NCBI RefSeq assembly: GCF_963921235.1
Contig: NC_086109.1
Coordinates: 11,162,001 to 11,226,000 of the forward strand
DNA length: 64,000 nucleotides
DNA from: Mobula hypostoma
Lineage: Eukaryota
Direction of reading: 5' to 3'
Positions 37,346 through 50,445 of this stretch are shown one piece after another. The translations under genes and the position numbers were made by a program. The notes below the pieces were generated by a model that was not told the DNA's origin, did not search any database, and saw nothing but the letters and a program-made list of their open reading frames with translations. The stretch's first letter is position 1; every line of letters starts with the position of its first letter.

Positions 37346-39456
37346 GACAGCAGATCAGGTATTATTTATGAAGAGAGAAAATCTGAGCTGTTGTTACAAA
37401 TGTGTGATCTTGCATCTGAACTGATGAATTCTGACACACTCAGGGGGAAGAAAGAACTAATTATTTTGAAGTAATTGAACTTGGCATTATTGGGTGGCAC
37501 AGTGAAGCAGCAGGTGGAGCATCTGTCTCATCAATCCAGTCAGTCAAGTCCAATTCTGAGCAATACACTCAAAAAATTTTGGAGGAAATAAGACGGCATC
37601 TTTAAACAGTCAGTGTTTTGGACTGTGACCCTTCATCTTTGCTGCTGTTTAAATGGAGTTTGCACATTTCCTATTTGCTCTGTGGAATTCCATCCTCTTA
37701 TATCCCAAAATATATAGTACTTCCCATTTAATTGGATTTCTGGTAATTACCCTTGCTGTAGGTGGGCAAATGTAAGAGAACAGATTACAGGGACGATAAC
37801 ATTAATGGATGTGTTGGAACAAAGGTCCAAGTTGAAATGGCATGGAGAATTTAAATGACAGATGACTGAGGGATCATTTTCACATTTGCAGACTGATTCA
37901 AGATGTTGAACAAAATACTCTGCAGGCTCTTTCTCCTCAGGTTGGGTGAAATTAGAACTAGAGATCATACGTTTCACAGTTCAAAGTAAATTTACCATCG
38001 AAGTACGTACATGTTACCACATACCACCTTGAGGTTAATTTTTCTTGCAGGAAAAATAAAGAAATTCAATAGAATTTATGAAAAACTACATATAAACATT
38101 TATAAGATTGACAAACAACCAATGTTTATTTGAGAATCTGAGGGTGAACTGCATCACGTGGAGGGTGATACAAGTGTGGAACGAGCTGCCAACAGAAGTG
38201 GTGGATATGGGCTCACTTTTAGGAGAAATTTGGATAGTTACATGGATGAATAGTCCAGATGGGTAGATAGGACTTGGTGGAAAAACCAGGATGTCATGGA
38301 TTAGATGGACCAAAGGGCCTGCTTCTATGCTGAAGTGCTCTACTACTACTCACTGTATCTTTTTTCCCCCCTAGATAATAGAGCAGAGAGGTTAAAGTTA
38401 GCTGTGCCTGTTGTCGTTTACATTGTTGAGGCCATTCCAATTCATTTTGCATGAAATAGATGAGATTCTTCCATGATTGAAAGCTTATTTGTAACAGTAA
38501 CATTTGAATGCTAAAAATATTGAATATCAATTTAAGGGATAAGAATGTTTGGACTTGCTGCCAAAATGCATTTGGCTTTGAATGCTGTAATCTTTCAGCG
38601 GGTTGCATTGTCTGGAAAATTTTCAGACTTTATTTTTAGATATGAATGTCCTGAAGGAAGAGGAAATAATGATAAACCTGGATGAAACTGAGATGTAAAA
38701 TGCTTTTAAGTGATAGAGGTATCAGAAAATATGGAAGTAAATGAGGTTAATGATACTGGATTTTAGAGTAGTCTCTTGTGATGGAATGTAACATGGTAAC
38801 TAAAAGGTGAAGCTAAAATTATGATTCAGTTATATTTCTGACTTGACATTTTTAACAAAATAGACATTTTTGAAAAAATAAACTATAAACTACAATAAGA
38901 AATATAAAAATAAATAGTGGGAAAGATCAAAATAGTGAGGTAGTGTTCATGGACCATTCAGAAACATGGTGGAGGGGGAAAAAGCTGTTCCTAAAACATT
39001 GAGTATGTATCATCAAGCTCCTGTGCCAACTCCCTGATGATAGTAATCCAGAAAACTGATTAGAATTCAAGCAGTCTTGATAAATAAGAGTAGAATTGGA
39101 CATTGTTAACTGTAATATAACCAGGTATTTTTTTGCAGAAAAGAAAGAATACCAGCTGTCAATGAAACAAAGATCTTGCCTTTCAGCCTGGTAAGAGATT
39201 ATGTGACAATATTATGCTAAAATGGAAAGCATGAATTTGGAGTAGAAGCAGTCCCCATGTTAAGTAAGAGTTCTATTCCTCAAAATTGTCAAAAAGCTGA
39301 TTTCTCTGTAGGTCAGAAATGTCATTTTATTAATAATAACCCATATTGTATCATTTGGCATAGCTTGCTTGTCATTCTATCAAATATTCACCTTAGCACT
39401 ACCCATAATTAAAATATTGGAATATAGTTACATAAACAAGAGAACAAGATATACTA

Positions 39457-39696
39457 GCAACACACATCAAAGTTGCTGGTGAACGCAGCAGGCCAGGCAG
39501 CATCTATAGGAAGAGGCGCAGTCGACGTTTCAGGCCGAGACCCTTCGTCAGGACCCATGAAGTCCTGACGAAGGGTCTCGGCCTGAAACGTCGACTGCGC
39601 CTCTTCCTATAGATGCTGCCTGGCCTGCTGCGTTCACCAGCAACTTTGATGTGTGTTGCTTGAATTTCCAGCATCTGCAGAATTCCTGTTGTTTGT
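39457..39696. mobile_element. Young Penelope-like inverted-repeat insertion in an AMPD2 intron
   Basis: Perfect 98-bp arms (39457-39554, 39562-39659) around a 7-nt loop. 15-bp TSD GAACAAGATATACTA (39442-39456, 39697-39711). Confidence 0.88.
39561..39596 (+). ncRNA. Minimal type-I hammerhead ribozyme motif, sense to AMPD2 pre-mRNA
   Basis: AGTC-CTGACGA-AGGGTCTCGGCCT-GAAA-CGTC-GACT. Mirror copy on the minus strand at 39520-39555. Confidence 0.75.
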
Positions 39697-39764
39697 GAAC
39701 AAGATATACTAATGTAGTTGTTATTGAACACCACAAAGCATCTGAGAGAGCATACATGAGTGAG

Positions 39765-40500
39765 ATGTATCAGCTAGTTGAGTGGTGTCACAGCAACAAC
39801 CTTGCACTCAGTGTCAGTAAGATGAAAGAACTGATTGTGGACTTCAGAAGGGTAAGACAAGGGAACACACACCATTCCTCAGAGAGGAACCAGAAGTGGA
39901 AAGAGTGAGCAATTTCATGTTCCTGGGTGTCAGTATTTCTGAGGATAAAACCTGGACCCAGCATATTGATGCAGCAACAAAGAAGGACCCACAGTGGCTG
40001 TATTTCATTCAGAGTTTGATGAGATTTGGTATGTCATCAAAAACAGTTGCCAATTTCTACAGATGTACCGTGGAGAGCTGCATCACTGTCTGGTATTAGG
40101 GGGCTACTCACAGGATTGAAATAAGCTGCAGAGACTTGTAAACTTAGCCCCATCTTGGGTACTAGCCCCTGCAGTACTCAGGACGTCTTCAAGGGGTGAT
40201 GCCTTAAAAAGGCAGCGTCCATTATTATGGACCCCCATCACCCTCGGGTCATCCTTGCTGTCATTGCTACCATCAGAAAGGAGGTACTGGAGCCTGAAGG
40301 GACACACTCAACAATTTAGCTTCTTTGCCTCTGCCATCCAATTTCTGAATAGACATTGAACCCCCACTATTACTTTATTTCTATTTTCGCACAACTTATT
40401 TAACTATTTAATATATATATATATTTTCATATTATGTATTGCATTGTACTGCAGCTGCAAAGATAACAAATTTCATGACATATGCTGGAGATATTAAATA
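39765..40500 (+). mobile_element. Rex1/Babar-type LINE 3' fragment (second subfamily)
   Basis: ERVSNFMFLGVSISED...FYRCTVESCITVWY, then a 3' UTR ending ACAAATTTCATGACATATGC. Confidence 0.75.
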
Positions 40501-41004
40501 TATTCTTGTGCTGTCTATAAACTCTGTGCTTTTAGTATGTCTTTTGTGCCAGTTTTTGTCTTGCGTTATATATTTTTTATGTAACTATGTTTTGGGTGGA
40601 GCAAAAGATCTTTTCAGAGGTGTCTTGAATGCTAACTGATGTTTCTCTGTACCCACTATCTCCCCCATCTTGTGTCCAAACCAAAACCATGGAATAATCA
40701 GCTTTCATAAAAAAGTATAAATAATAGCTTTTTTTAAAAAAGAACCTTTGTTTAAAAAAAATTCCAGTTGGATTTAGATATTTTCTTATACACTTTTGCA
40801 GAAAAGTTGTATTTCATTGCTCTTTCTTCTCTTAAGCACTTTCCTGTGCCAAATTAGCAGGCACAGATTGTACGTTTTGTAGTTTTGTTTTCTGGGACAC
40901 TGCTCTTACTCAGCTGAAATAATCAGGCATCTGTCCCATCTGTCCTGTCCTTACAGCTCCCCCTAGTGGGTAACAAAAAAAGAACAATGGTTCCTCTTGT
41001 GCCA

Positions 41005-41525
41005 AGATGAGGCTACCCTCAGCATGGAGAAGCAATGCCTTATACTTCGTAGGTGGCCTCCAACCTGATGGCAAGAATATTGATTTCTCCTTCCAGCAAA
41101 AAAAAAATCCCCCCCCTCCTCTATTCTCTACTCTGACCTTTTACCTCTGTTCACCTGCCTATCACTCCTCCACCTGCCCAACCGGGTGCCCTCCTCCTTC
41201 CCTTTCTCCTATGGTCCTCTCTCCTCTCCTGTTCGATTCTTCCTCCTTTCAGCCCTTGGTCTTTTCCCTCCCACGTGGCTTTACCTATCACCTTCTTGCT
41301 AGCCTCCTTCTCCTCCCCACCTTTTTATTCTGGCAACACACATAAAAGTTGCTGGTGAATGCAGCATCTGTAGATTTCCTCGTGTTTGCGTTTTTATTCT
41401 GGCGTCTTTTCCCTTCCTTTTCAGTCCTGAAGAAGGGTGTTGGCTCGAAACATCTACTGTTAATTCATTTCCGTAATTGCTGTCCAACCTGCTGAGTTCC
41501 TCCAGCATTTTGTGTGTGTGGCTCA
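41005..41525 (+). mobile_element. Penelope-like element 3' end with a nested 56-bp younger Penelope insertion
   Basis: GLQPDGKNIDFS resembles the end of the Penelope GIY-YIG ORF. Decayed hammerhead at 41423-41458. Nested insert 41335-41390 is bounded by TTTTTATTCTGGC (41322-41334, 41391-41403). Confidence 0.75.
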
Positions 41526-41639
41526 ACAATGGCTGCACTACGCATTGTAATTTATATTTATCTTTCCTTGGGATGCTGTGTTATTTGTATGGTTAATACT
41601 GCAATAATTTAGAATGCGGATTGCATCTAGAATACAAAG

Positions 41640-42245
41640 TGGTATCAGGTAGATAGGGTCGTAAAGAGAGCTTTTGGCACATTGGCCTTCATAAACTAGG
41701 GCACTGAGTACAGGAGTTGGGATGTTAGGTTGAAGTTGTGGTGAGGCCTAATTTGGAGTATTGTGTGCAGTTCTGGTCACCTACCTACAGGAACAGTTTG
41801 AATAAGATTGAACGTGTACAGCAAAAATCTATGAGGATATAGCTGGAACTTGAGGACCTGAGCCATGAGGAAAGGTTGAATAGGTTAGGACTCTATTTCC
41901 TGGAGCATAGGAGAATGAGGGGAGATTTGATAAAGCTACACAAAATTATGAGGAGTATAGATTGGGTAAATATAAGCAGGCTTTTTCCACTGAGGTTGAG
42001 TGAAACTAGAATCGCAGTTCATAGGTTAAAGGTGAAGGATGAAATAATTAAGGGAACCTTGGGGGGGTGAGGGGGTTGGAATGAGCTACCAGTGGAAGTG
42101 ATGGATGTGGGTTTAATTGCAATATTTAAGATAAGTTTAGATAAGTACATGGGAGGAGTATGTAGGGCTATGGTCCAGGTCCAGAATGATAGTTTCTTAT
42201 GGACTAAATGGGCTGTCTGGCCTGTTTCTGTGCTTTAGTGCTCTG
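41640..42245 (+). mobile_element. CR1 LINE 3' fragment
   Basis: RLGLYFLEHRRMRGDLIKLHKIMR. Confidence 0.8.
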
Positions 42246-42334
42246 CAATTGATTAGCAACTTGGTAAATGGAGGGGATGTTTAATACTTAAGATACAAAT
42301 TTTAACTTTCTATATGTTGGCTTTTCTGTCCTAG

Positions 42335-42466
42335 GATCGAAACACCTTCCATCGGTTTGACAAATTCAATGCCAAGTACAACCCAATTGGAGAATCAATT
42401 CTGCGTGAGATTTTCATCAAAACTGATAATTATATCGGTGGCAAATATTTTGGTCATATTATAAAG
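42335..42466 (+). CDS. AMPD2: AMP deaminase 2 exon (132 nt)
   Basis: cctag|...|gttaga. Encodes [44 protein letters not shown]. Confidence 0.97.
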
Positions 42467-43872
42467 GTTAGAATTGCAATAACTTTGAAGTCTACAAGAG
42501 TATTACACTTTTTCTTACTCATTTTTATTACTTTTTAAGTATTTCACTGTAATACTACTTAAGCCCATCACTCCTACTGGGGGTCACAGACCACTGACAT
42601 CAGCTCACCAGAGTCTTCCGTCCTGGGCCAGTCTTTCCAGTCCTCCCAGGTTCCACTTACTTGGTGTATCCTTCCTTTCCCCAGGGATGATGCCTTTGGA
42701 GTACCTATTGGCGTTTCTGTAGCACTGGGCTTTTATGAAATGGGCATGCTAGCCTCATGCCCAACCCTCCTCTTTTCACAGTGTGTCTTGGGACAGCCCA
42801 TGGCAGAGTTAGTTGCTTTACCCATTTTAAAATAAAAGTATGATGCTTATTACTTTTGGTCCCAGTGTGTCAAGCTGCCCCAATAATGGATGCAGGAAAA
42901 CTGTTCATTACTTCTCTACAAGCCTTAACTGAGTTACACCTTGTTAATGAATTGGAGATTGGTACATTGATGAATGGATAATCCCTTGACAATCTGTCTT
43001 GGCCTTCTGTTTTCACTGCAATATATTGAAACGAATGGGCTGATTTGAATAGATACAGGGAACTCAAATAAATTGTTTCTGTGATCTTGCCAAATAGGGA
43101 CTTGTTTCTGATAGCAGATGTTTTGGAAATTTAATCAATGGATGCAGATTGTATGCACAAAGAAAATGCTAAAGATAGTGGTGTGCTCTGATGCAATGGC
43201 TTCTATGGCGCCAACCAAAAGTGTTATTGTCTCCTTTAAACATATTTGTTATGATTGCAAGACCCTGCTGGACATTAAATTCTTAAAGTACTGCAGGTCT
43301 ACTTCATCAGTGATTTGCTCATCTGTGGAGAAACTGAAGGAGCTGAACTTGGTGCAGATCAAACATGCTGCTGCCTGCGTCAAAGAGGCGCTTGTGCCTG
43401 AAGGCAAAGTGCAGTCTAACAGTGGCTTGTTGCCTTAGTCACTTTTCTTGTGATCACAAGACCCCGTTGGACATTGGTAATGTGGAATGTTGCAAGTCCA
43501 ATTCAGTATTTTATTGGTGAACGGTAGGGGAGCTCCGTGGCCTTAGTCGTAGCAAGGACTAGGCCTCAAACTGCAGTGCTACCTGTTTGCAGCCATCCGG
43601 GAGAGAGGCATCGGAGCTAGAGCGCTCCAGCAGAGTGCTGGAGGTGGCAGTGTTCACTTGGCAGAAGACAAAATGTATTGTGTTCAACTGCAGACTGTTG
43701 CAACATTCATGATCTCAGGGACTTGGACTTGTTTTGTGTGCATGTGTGTGACTATATTTTATTGCTGTCTTATATGTGCTACATGATTCTTGTGCTGTGA
43801 ATGACTGTTGGTACGGTGTTCTGCACCTTGGCCTCAGAGTAATGCTGTTTTGTTTGGCTGTATTTGCGTATG

Positions 43873-44643
43873 TGAAACCCCCTTATACTGGGTGTCTCTG
43901 GAAAGCTGGCTTGTTAGCTCCTCCCTAACAGCCACCGGACTCTGTAGCGATAAACCCACCTTTCTCTGGCTTTGTACGTCCAGAATGTATACAGCTTTGG
44001 TCCCGCCAAATCCGTGAGGTTGGGATGTCTCGCCCACCCAAGCCCTGGTTTGTGTGAATTACTGCTCCTGGCAAAAACAGATCGTACACTGCATACAATT
44101 AAAATGTATATTTAAGAATGTTAATTTAAGCAAACAGTTATTAAATGAAAGTAAGAAAAAAAAACAAGAAGGGCCCATTACTCTTGAACACTCAAATATG
44201 CATTAAAGTTGGAACTCATCTTGAACTTGTCTATCACCCATGCGCTGGACCTTCGGTCTGCATAACAGCACACACTACCTTCTGATTGTCGCTCAAAATC
44301 CATCTTGAACAAATGGGTCTCCCACAGCAGTATTGGTTCTTCCTTCTTGAAGCCATTCATCTGCACGAAGCACCTTGTGCAACATGGGCAGCATCCTCAG
44401 CTATCTTTTCTCCCTGTCTTCTTCCAGCTCCCGCCAACAGAGAGTTCTCTATCTGCATCCTCTAGAACCTCCTCCCAAATCTATGATTCTGATTGACTGA
44501 CACCACATTCCCAAGTTGAATAACAAAGCTTCTTATCTCAGCTCAAACCTAAAGAAGCTGAGAGCGGGACAGACTGCTCTTACAGAACTGCTAAAATGGA
44601 ATACCTGCAGCATAGCAGTAAAAGGCTTAATCAGGGCATTACA
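43873..44643. mobile_element. Probable solo LTR (Gypsy-like)
   Basis: TGAAACCCC...GGGCATTACA with TG..CA ends and a 4-bp TSD TATG (43869-43872, 44644-44647). It splits the 3' tail of another retroelement. Confidence 0.6.
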
Positions 44644-44694
44644 TATGCTTGAATGACAATTAAACTTGAATTTGAACTAAAGAAGACCGGTGTG

Positions 44695-45740
44695 AATAAA
44701 GAGGGCCTTTTTCTGGTTGGCTGCCAGTGACTAGTGATGTTCTTCAGAGAGTCAGTATTGGGACCGATTGCTTTTCTCATTGTATGTCAGTGATTTAGAT
44801 AATGGAATTGATGATTTTGTGGCAAAGTTTGAAGATGATATGAAGATAGCTGGAGGGGTAGGTGTGCTGAGGAAGCAATGCTATTACAGCAGGATAAATA
44901 GGAAGAATGGGCAGAAAAGTGGCAGATGAAATAGAGTGTTGGGAAAAGTATGATAATGCATTTTGATAAAAGGAACAATAGTGCAGACTATTATGTAAAT
45001 AGGGAGAAAATTGAAACATCAGAGGCGCAGAGGGACTTGGGAGTCCTCATACTAGTCTCCCATAAGGTTAGCTAACAGGTTGAGTCTTTGGTAAAGAAGG
45101 CAAATGCAATATTGTCATTTTTTTCAAGGGGAATGGAATATAAAAGCATGGAGATAATGCTGAGGCTTTATAAGATACTAGTCAGGCTGCACTTGGAGTA
45201 TTGTCAACAGTTTGGGCCCCATATCTCAGAAGGAACGTGTTGTCATTGAAGAAGGTCTAGAGGAGGTTCACGAGGTTGATTCCAGAAATGAAGGGGTTAA
45301 CATATGAGGAGCATTTGGCAGCTTTAGGCCTGTACTCACTGGAATTTAGAAGAATGTGTGGGGATCTCATTGAAATGTATCGAATGTTGAAAGGACTAGA
45401 TAAGGTGGATGTGGAGAGGATGTTTCCTGTGGTGGAGGTGTCCAGAACTAGAGGGCACAGCCTCAAAATTGAAGGACGACCTTTTAGAACAGAGGTAAGG
45501 AGATATTTTTTTTAAGCTAGAGATAGTGAATCTGGAGCGCTCTGCCACAGCCTGCGGTGGAGACCAACTCCGTGGGTATATTTAAAGCGGAAGTTGATAG
45601 TTTCCTGATTAGTTAGGGCATCAAAGGATATAGCAAGAAGGCAGGTGGGTGGGATCCTGGAGTCAGCCATGATGGAATGGCGGAGCAGACTTGATGGGCT
45701 GAATAACCTAATTCTGCTCCCATGTCTTATGGTCTTATTA
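44695..45740 (+). mobile_element. CR1 LINE RT/3' part
   Basis: Degenerate RT motifs, then IPEMKGLTYEEHLAALGLYSLEFRRMCGDLIE and a TCTTATGG tail. Confidence 0.85.
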
Positions 45741-46384
45741 TAATTTGTTTCTTTACCACCATGTTCTGCTCAGCTAAAAGACTTTTAAAAAAAACCATTC
45801 AATTTAAATGCTAACTGCAGAGCCCAAGAACTGTGAAACTACATCAACTCCAGCTAAAGATTGACTGAAAATTGTGTTCAATTTTGAAAAGAAATTGACT
45901 AAGTCAAGAAAAATTCTTTGGCTAAATTGTTTGTTCCGTCACAGAGTTTCTGTCCTTGGTTGGGAGTCAAAATATAATTCCACATGGAAATATTTCCTAT
46001 ATTCAATCCACTGAATTATGCTGGCTCACCACAGAAATAAAGAACCTGTAATATTCCATTTCTGTCATCCAGTGGCATTAGAAACAGCCTTGCAATTGTG
46101 CTTGACTAGCTCTGTCTTTTTAGCAATGTAGGTACATTAAATTACTTTTACCTTTTTAAGATACATTTACCATGATATCTTGGGCCACATAGTAAATGAA
46201 TCATGAAAGATAAAAATAAATTTAACTGCACCTGCTTTGGACCTACATGTGGTTAAATCTGTGTCACATATTTGCTTAAACTGTTGATTGTAATCTGATC
46301 TTGAGCTTTGGCCCTCAGTTGAACAATACTGCCAAAACCTCTGGAAACTAGCATAGACTGGTTTATAAGTACAAGAAAAGAAAA

Positions 46385-46770
46385 CATAGAATAGTATAGC
46401 ACAGTACAGGCCCTTCAGCCCACAATGTTGTGCCGACCCTCAAACCCTGCCTCCCATATAAGCCCCCACCTTAAATTCCTCCATATACCTGTCTAGTAAT
46501 CTCTTAAACTTCACTAATGTATCTGCCTCCACCACTGACTCAGGCAGTGCATTCCACGCACCAACCACTCTCTGAGTAAAATACCTTCCTCTAATATCCC
46601 CCTTGAACTTCCCACTCCTTACCTTAAAGCCACGTCCTCTTGTATTGAGCAGAGGTGCCCTGGGGAAGAGGCGCTGGCTATCCACTCTATCTATTCCTCT
46701 TATTATCTTGTACACCTCTATCATGTCTCCTCTCATCCTCCTTCTCTCCAAAGAGTAAAGCCCTAGCTCC
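46385..46770 (-). mobile_element. Young CR1 LINE 3' end
   Basis: Uninterrupted LGLYSLERRRMRGDMIEVYKIIRG...FTQRVVGAWNALP...FKRLLDRYM. Confidence 0.88.
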
Positions 46771-47188
46771 CAGCCCTTTCCATGTAATAAAGTACAGCAT
46801 CTCATCTGTCTCACCTTACTGCCTGTTGCATGATTAGGGAATGCAGATAGAATTTGAATAATTCTGGTCGGGGATCAGAACACTTGAAATGCTGTGTTAT
46901 GAATTTGCTCCTCTTGTGTTAAATCTTCATCACCTGGAGGAGGACCTCAAGTAGCAGTCAGGCACCTTCATACAAAGAGTGAAGGGGGAGCGGTACTTTA
47001 AGACATCATCTTAACCCCCCCCCCCCGCCGTTTCAAAGCAACATCGGCACCCAAAGAGCTGATTGATAAAAGGGACTGCAAAGTGCCTCCCTCTCTCAAA
47101 GAGGAATGAATGAACATGCTTTTAGAGTTAATAAAATTTAGATACATGTTAAAGCCTAAAAAGTCATATCCAGTCTTGTGTTTTACAG

Positions 47189-47352
47189 GAAGTGATGGAA
47201 GATCTTGAAGAAAGCAAGTACCAGAATGCAGAATTGCGCCTGTCCATATATGGCCGCTCTCGGGATGAATGGGATCACTTGGCAAAGTGGGCAGTGAAGC
47301 ACAAAGTCTATTCTAACAACGTGTGCTGGCTAGTACAGGTGCCACGGCTTTT
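47189..47352 (+). CDS. AMPD2: AMP deaminase 2 exon (164 nt)
   Basis: tacag|...|gtaagt. Encodes [54 protein letters not shown]. Confidence 0.97.
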
Positions 47353-48705
47353 GTAAGTATTAGGATCTGCTGCAAAGACAAATTATTTTTTAAATATATT
47401 ACAGGCCAAACCAAATTCGATGAAGGGAAAACTAATATGGGAATGCACCTAAGAGGTGGGGAATCATATCTGGTTCCTAGTCACACCTGTCACACAGTAT
47501 TAAGGCAAACTATTGAATGGTACAAAGCACTAAATTAACTGTTTTCACAAGTCTTGCATGGATAGGAATATAGAAAATATTACAGGATTGGAGACCAACT
47601 ATCTAATATTACCATGATTAATGTCACATTTCCACTCTGACCCCCATACCCTTTATATCTAGGAACCTATTTGCCTATTTATTGAATTGCCTCTATGATA
47701 AAGGTTCTGAGTGGAGAAATTTCTCATCTCAATCCAACCATATCCTGAGACTATAGACTCTCCTTTCAAACCCTCAGTCTTGTGAAACATCTCACCCATA
47801 TCCTCTCTATCCAGCTCTGGACATTTATATGCTTCAATGAGACCATCCTCCCCCTACTATTCTTCTAAGTGCTTGTGAAAGCTGGCAAGTCGATCTAAAT
47901 CTTTCCTCTACATCAGTTCCGCAGTCTGGTGAACCTTTGCACTCCTTCCACCAAGTATAATATTTCTTGCATAAAGAGATTGAAACTGCTCACCAGATTC
48001 CAAGTGTGTTCCCACCATTCTATACATGAGACAAGGTTCTTTTGCTTTTGCACTCAAGTCATCTTCAAATGAAGGCACAATGACTTCCTAAATCAGAATC
48101 AGGTTTATTATCACTGACATATATAAGGAAATTTGTTACTTTTCACAGTGCAATATGTAAAAAAACATATGCTATAAGAAATATATAAAAAAATAAATAG
48201 TGTAAAAAGAGATCAAAGTAATGAGGTAGTGATAATGGACCATTCAGAAATTTGATGGCAGAGGGAAAGAAGTTGTTCCTAAAATGTTCAGTGTGTGTCT
48301 TCAGGCTCCTTGCTATATCAACTTTTAATGACTTGTATAAGAACACCAGGTCCCTTTGCACATCAACATTTCTTGGTCCATCACAACTTAAATAATAAAC
48401 AAGCTGCTGCTCTGATTTTTTTTTTCCCAACCAAACTGGATAACTTCACATTTATCCAATTTATACTGCATCTGCCATGTATTTGCCTACATTGTCTTAA
48501 GACTTCATATCCTCACAGATTACAATCTCACTCAGTTTTGTGTTGTTGGCAAACTTAGAAATGTTACATTCTGTTTCCTCATTCATCCCATTGATATTTA
48601 TTGTGAATACATGGGACAAAACTACTGATCCAGCTGATTGTCACCTTTTCTCCCCTCTAGTCACCACCTACCACTTTGAGAGAGTACCATTTATTTCTTC
48701 TGTTT

Positions 48706-49122
48706 CAATAGACAATAGGTGCAGGAGTAGGCCATTTGGCCCTTCGAGCCAGCACCACCATTCACTGTGATCATGGCTGATCATCCACAATCAGTATCCA
48801 GTTCCTGCCTTATCCCCCTAACCTTTGATTCCACTATCTTTAAGAGCTCTATCCGTCTCTTTCTTGAAAGCATCCAGAGACTTGGCCTCCACTGTCTTCT
48901 GGGGCAGAGTATTCTACATATCCACCACGCTCTGGGTGAAAAAGTTTTCCCTCAACTCCATTCTAAATGGCCTACCCCTTATTCTTAAACTGTGGCCTCT
49001 GGTTCTGGACTCACCCATCAGTGGGAACATGCTTCCTTCCTCCAGCATGTCCAATCCCTTAATAATCTTATACAAATGTTTGTATGTTTCAATCAGATCC
49101 CCTCTCATCCTTCTAAATTCCT
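48706..49122 (-). mobile_element. CR1 LINE 3' end nested in an older CR1 remnant
   Basis: EFRRMRGDLIETYK...GESRTRGHSLRIRG...FFTQSVV with an ATTGTCT-type tail. Confidence 0.8.
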
Positions 49123-49914
49123 GTCTGTCAATAGATTTTCTGTCCATGCCAGCATGTTAACACCAACCATGTCATTTGATTCTGCAAATAACCCTCTTTT
49201 CGAGGATCAACTTATTTTTGCCATATACTTTTACATGTATTAGGAATTTGCTGTGATGTGTTGGTTAGGGTGTAGCATGCAATGAAAAAGCAACATTCAA
49301 CAGTTATAAAGAATTTTATGAAAAATAAAGTTAGATGTTAATGGATATAGAATGTTAATGGATATAGAATGGTAGGTCTTGTATGTCAATATGAAACCGG
49401 TCCGCAGTGCAAAAAGGGTGGGGGACCCCTGTTGTGTGTGACTTTATCAAAGATCTTCTGAAAATAATACTCTAACTTAGAAACACATTTTTTTGACAAA
49501 GTAGAAATTCAAAAATGAGCCAATAGGCCAATAAAAAAGGTTATGCCTAACAGAGGCCAAAAACCTGGTTAAAGTTGAATTCGCTGTGCTGATGCATTTC
49601 AGAAAGATCAAACACTCTTTGTGGGGTTATAGATTAGATGTGTAGCAGAAATTCCTCCATGATTACACAAGCTACATACAGGATATTATTGAAATAAAGA
49701 TGGGAAGCTAAAGGAAAAGAGCTAATTTGTCTTCAAAGTCTGTATGGATTTGCCCAACAAAAGTTGTAAAGCAATAAACAAATACTTACAAATAAAACCT
49801 TAATGTGGACATTAACCACAGTTAAATAAATGCTGCACTTGTTGGATAATTCAGGAAAAAGCTATGAAAATTTTCCCTCTTTATTGCTATATACACTGTA
49901 TATACACTAATATC

Positions 49915-50393
49915 GGTTGTTCACCTTCCTCAGTCAGAGATGGCTCAGATGTTTAGCACGTCAGATGAATGGGCTCTGGTTGAATCCTGAAAGACCTGCT
50001 GTATGGGCAGCTGGCAGAGGGTGCACACCCAGTTGGTCGCTCATAGCTTTGCTTCAAGGACTTCTGCAAAAAGGATTGAAGCTGGCCAACATAGATGTGA
50101 ACAACTGCGAAAAGACGTAGCAGATGACTGGGCAGCCTGGAGTTAGGCGTTTGAAATGGTGTGCAAAGAGCAGAAAGTATCCACATCAATGGGCAGGCTA
50201 CCAAGACGGCTTGACTGAAGGAGAGGGGCCACTCCAACCAGATGCCAGTCTTCCTTCATCTGCAGCCAGTGTGGAATAGACTCACTCCAGAGTGGGACTC
50301 CTCAACCACTCAGGGAAATGCACCACCATAAGCTGACTTTGCTTGTGTGCTTCCCACCATGTTTCGAGACAGGAGGATGCCAACAGCAACAAT
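49915..50393 (+). mobile_element. RTE/BovB-like LINE 3' end
   Basis: KDLLYGQLAEG..PVGR...FKDFCKK, then a degenerate C-terminal zinc knuckle (FICSQCG) and a CAA-type tail. Confidence 0.7.
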
Positions 50394-50445
50394 ACACTAA
50401 TATATATGTATGTGTGTGTGTGCATATTATATTTATTTGCCTGTA

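Noticed and set aside
49334..49371. 18-bp tandem duplication ATGTTAATGGATATAGA
   Set aside because: Two units only, within a repeat remnant. Ordinary slippage, not an array.
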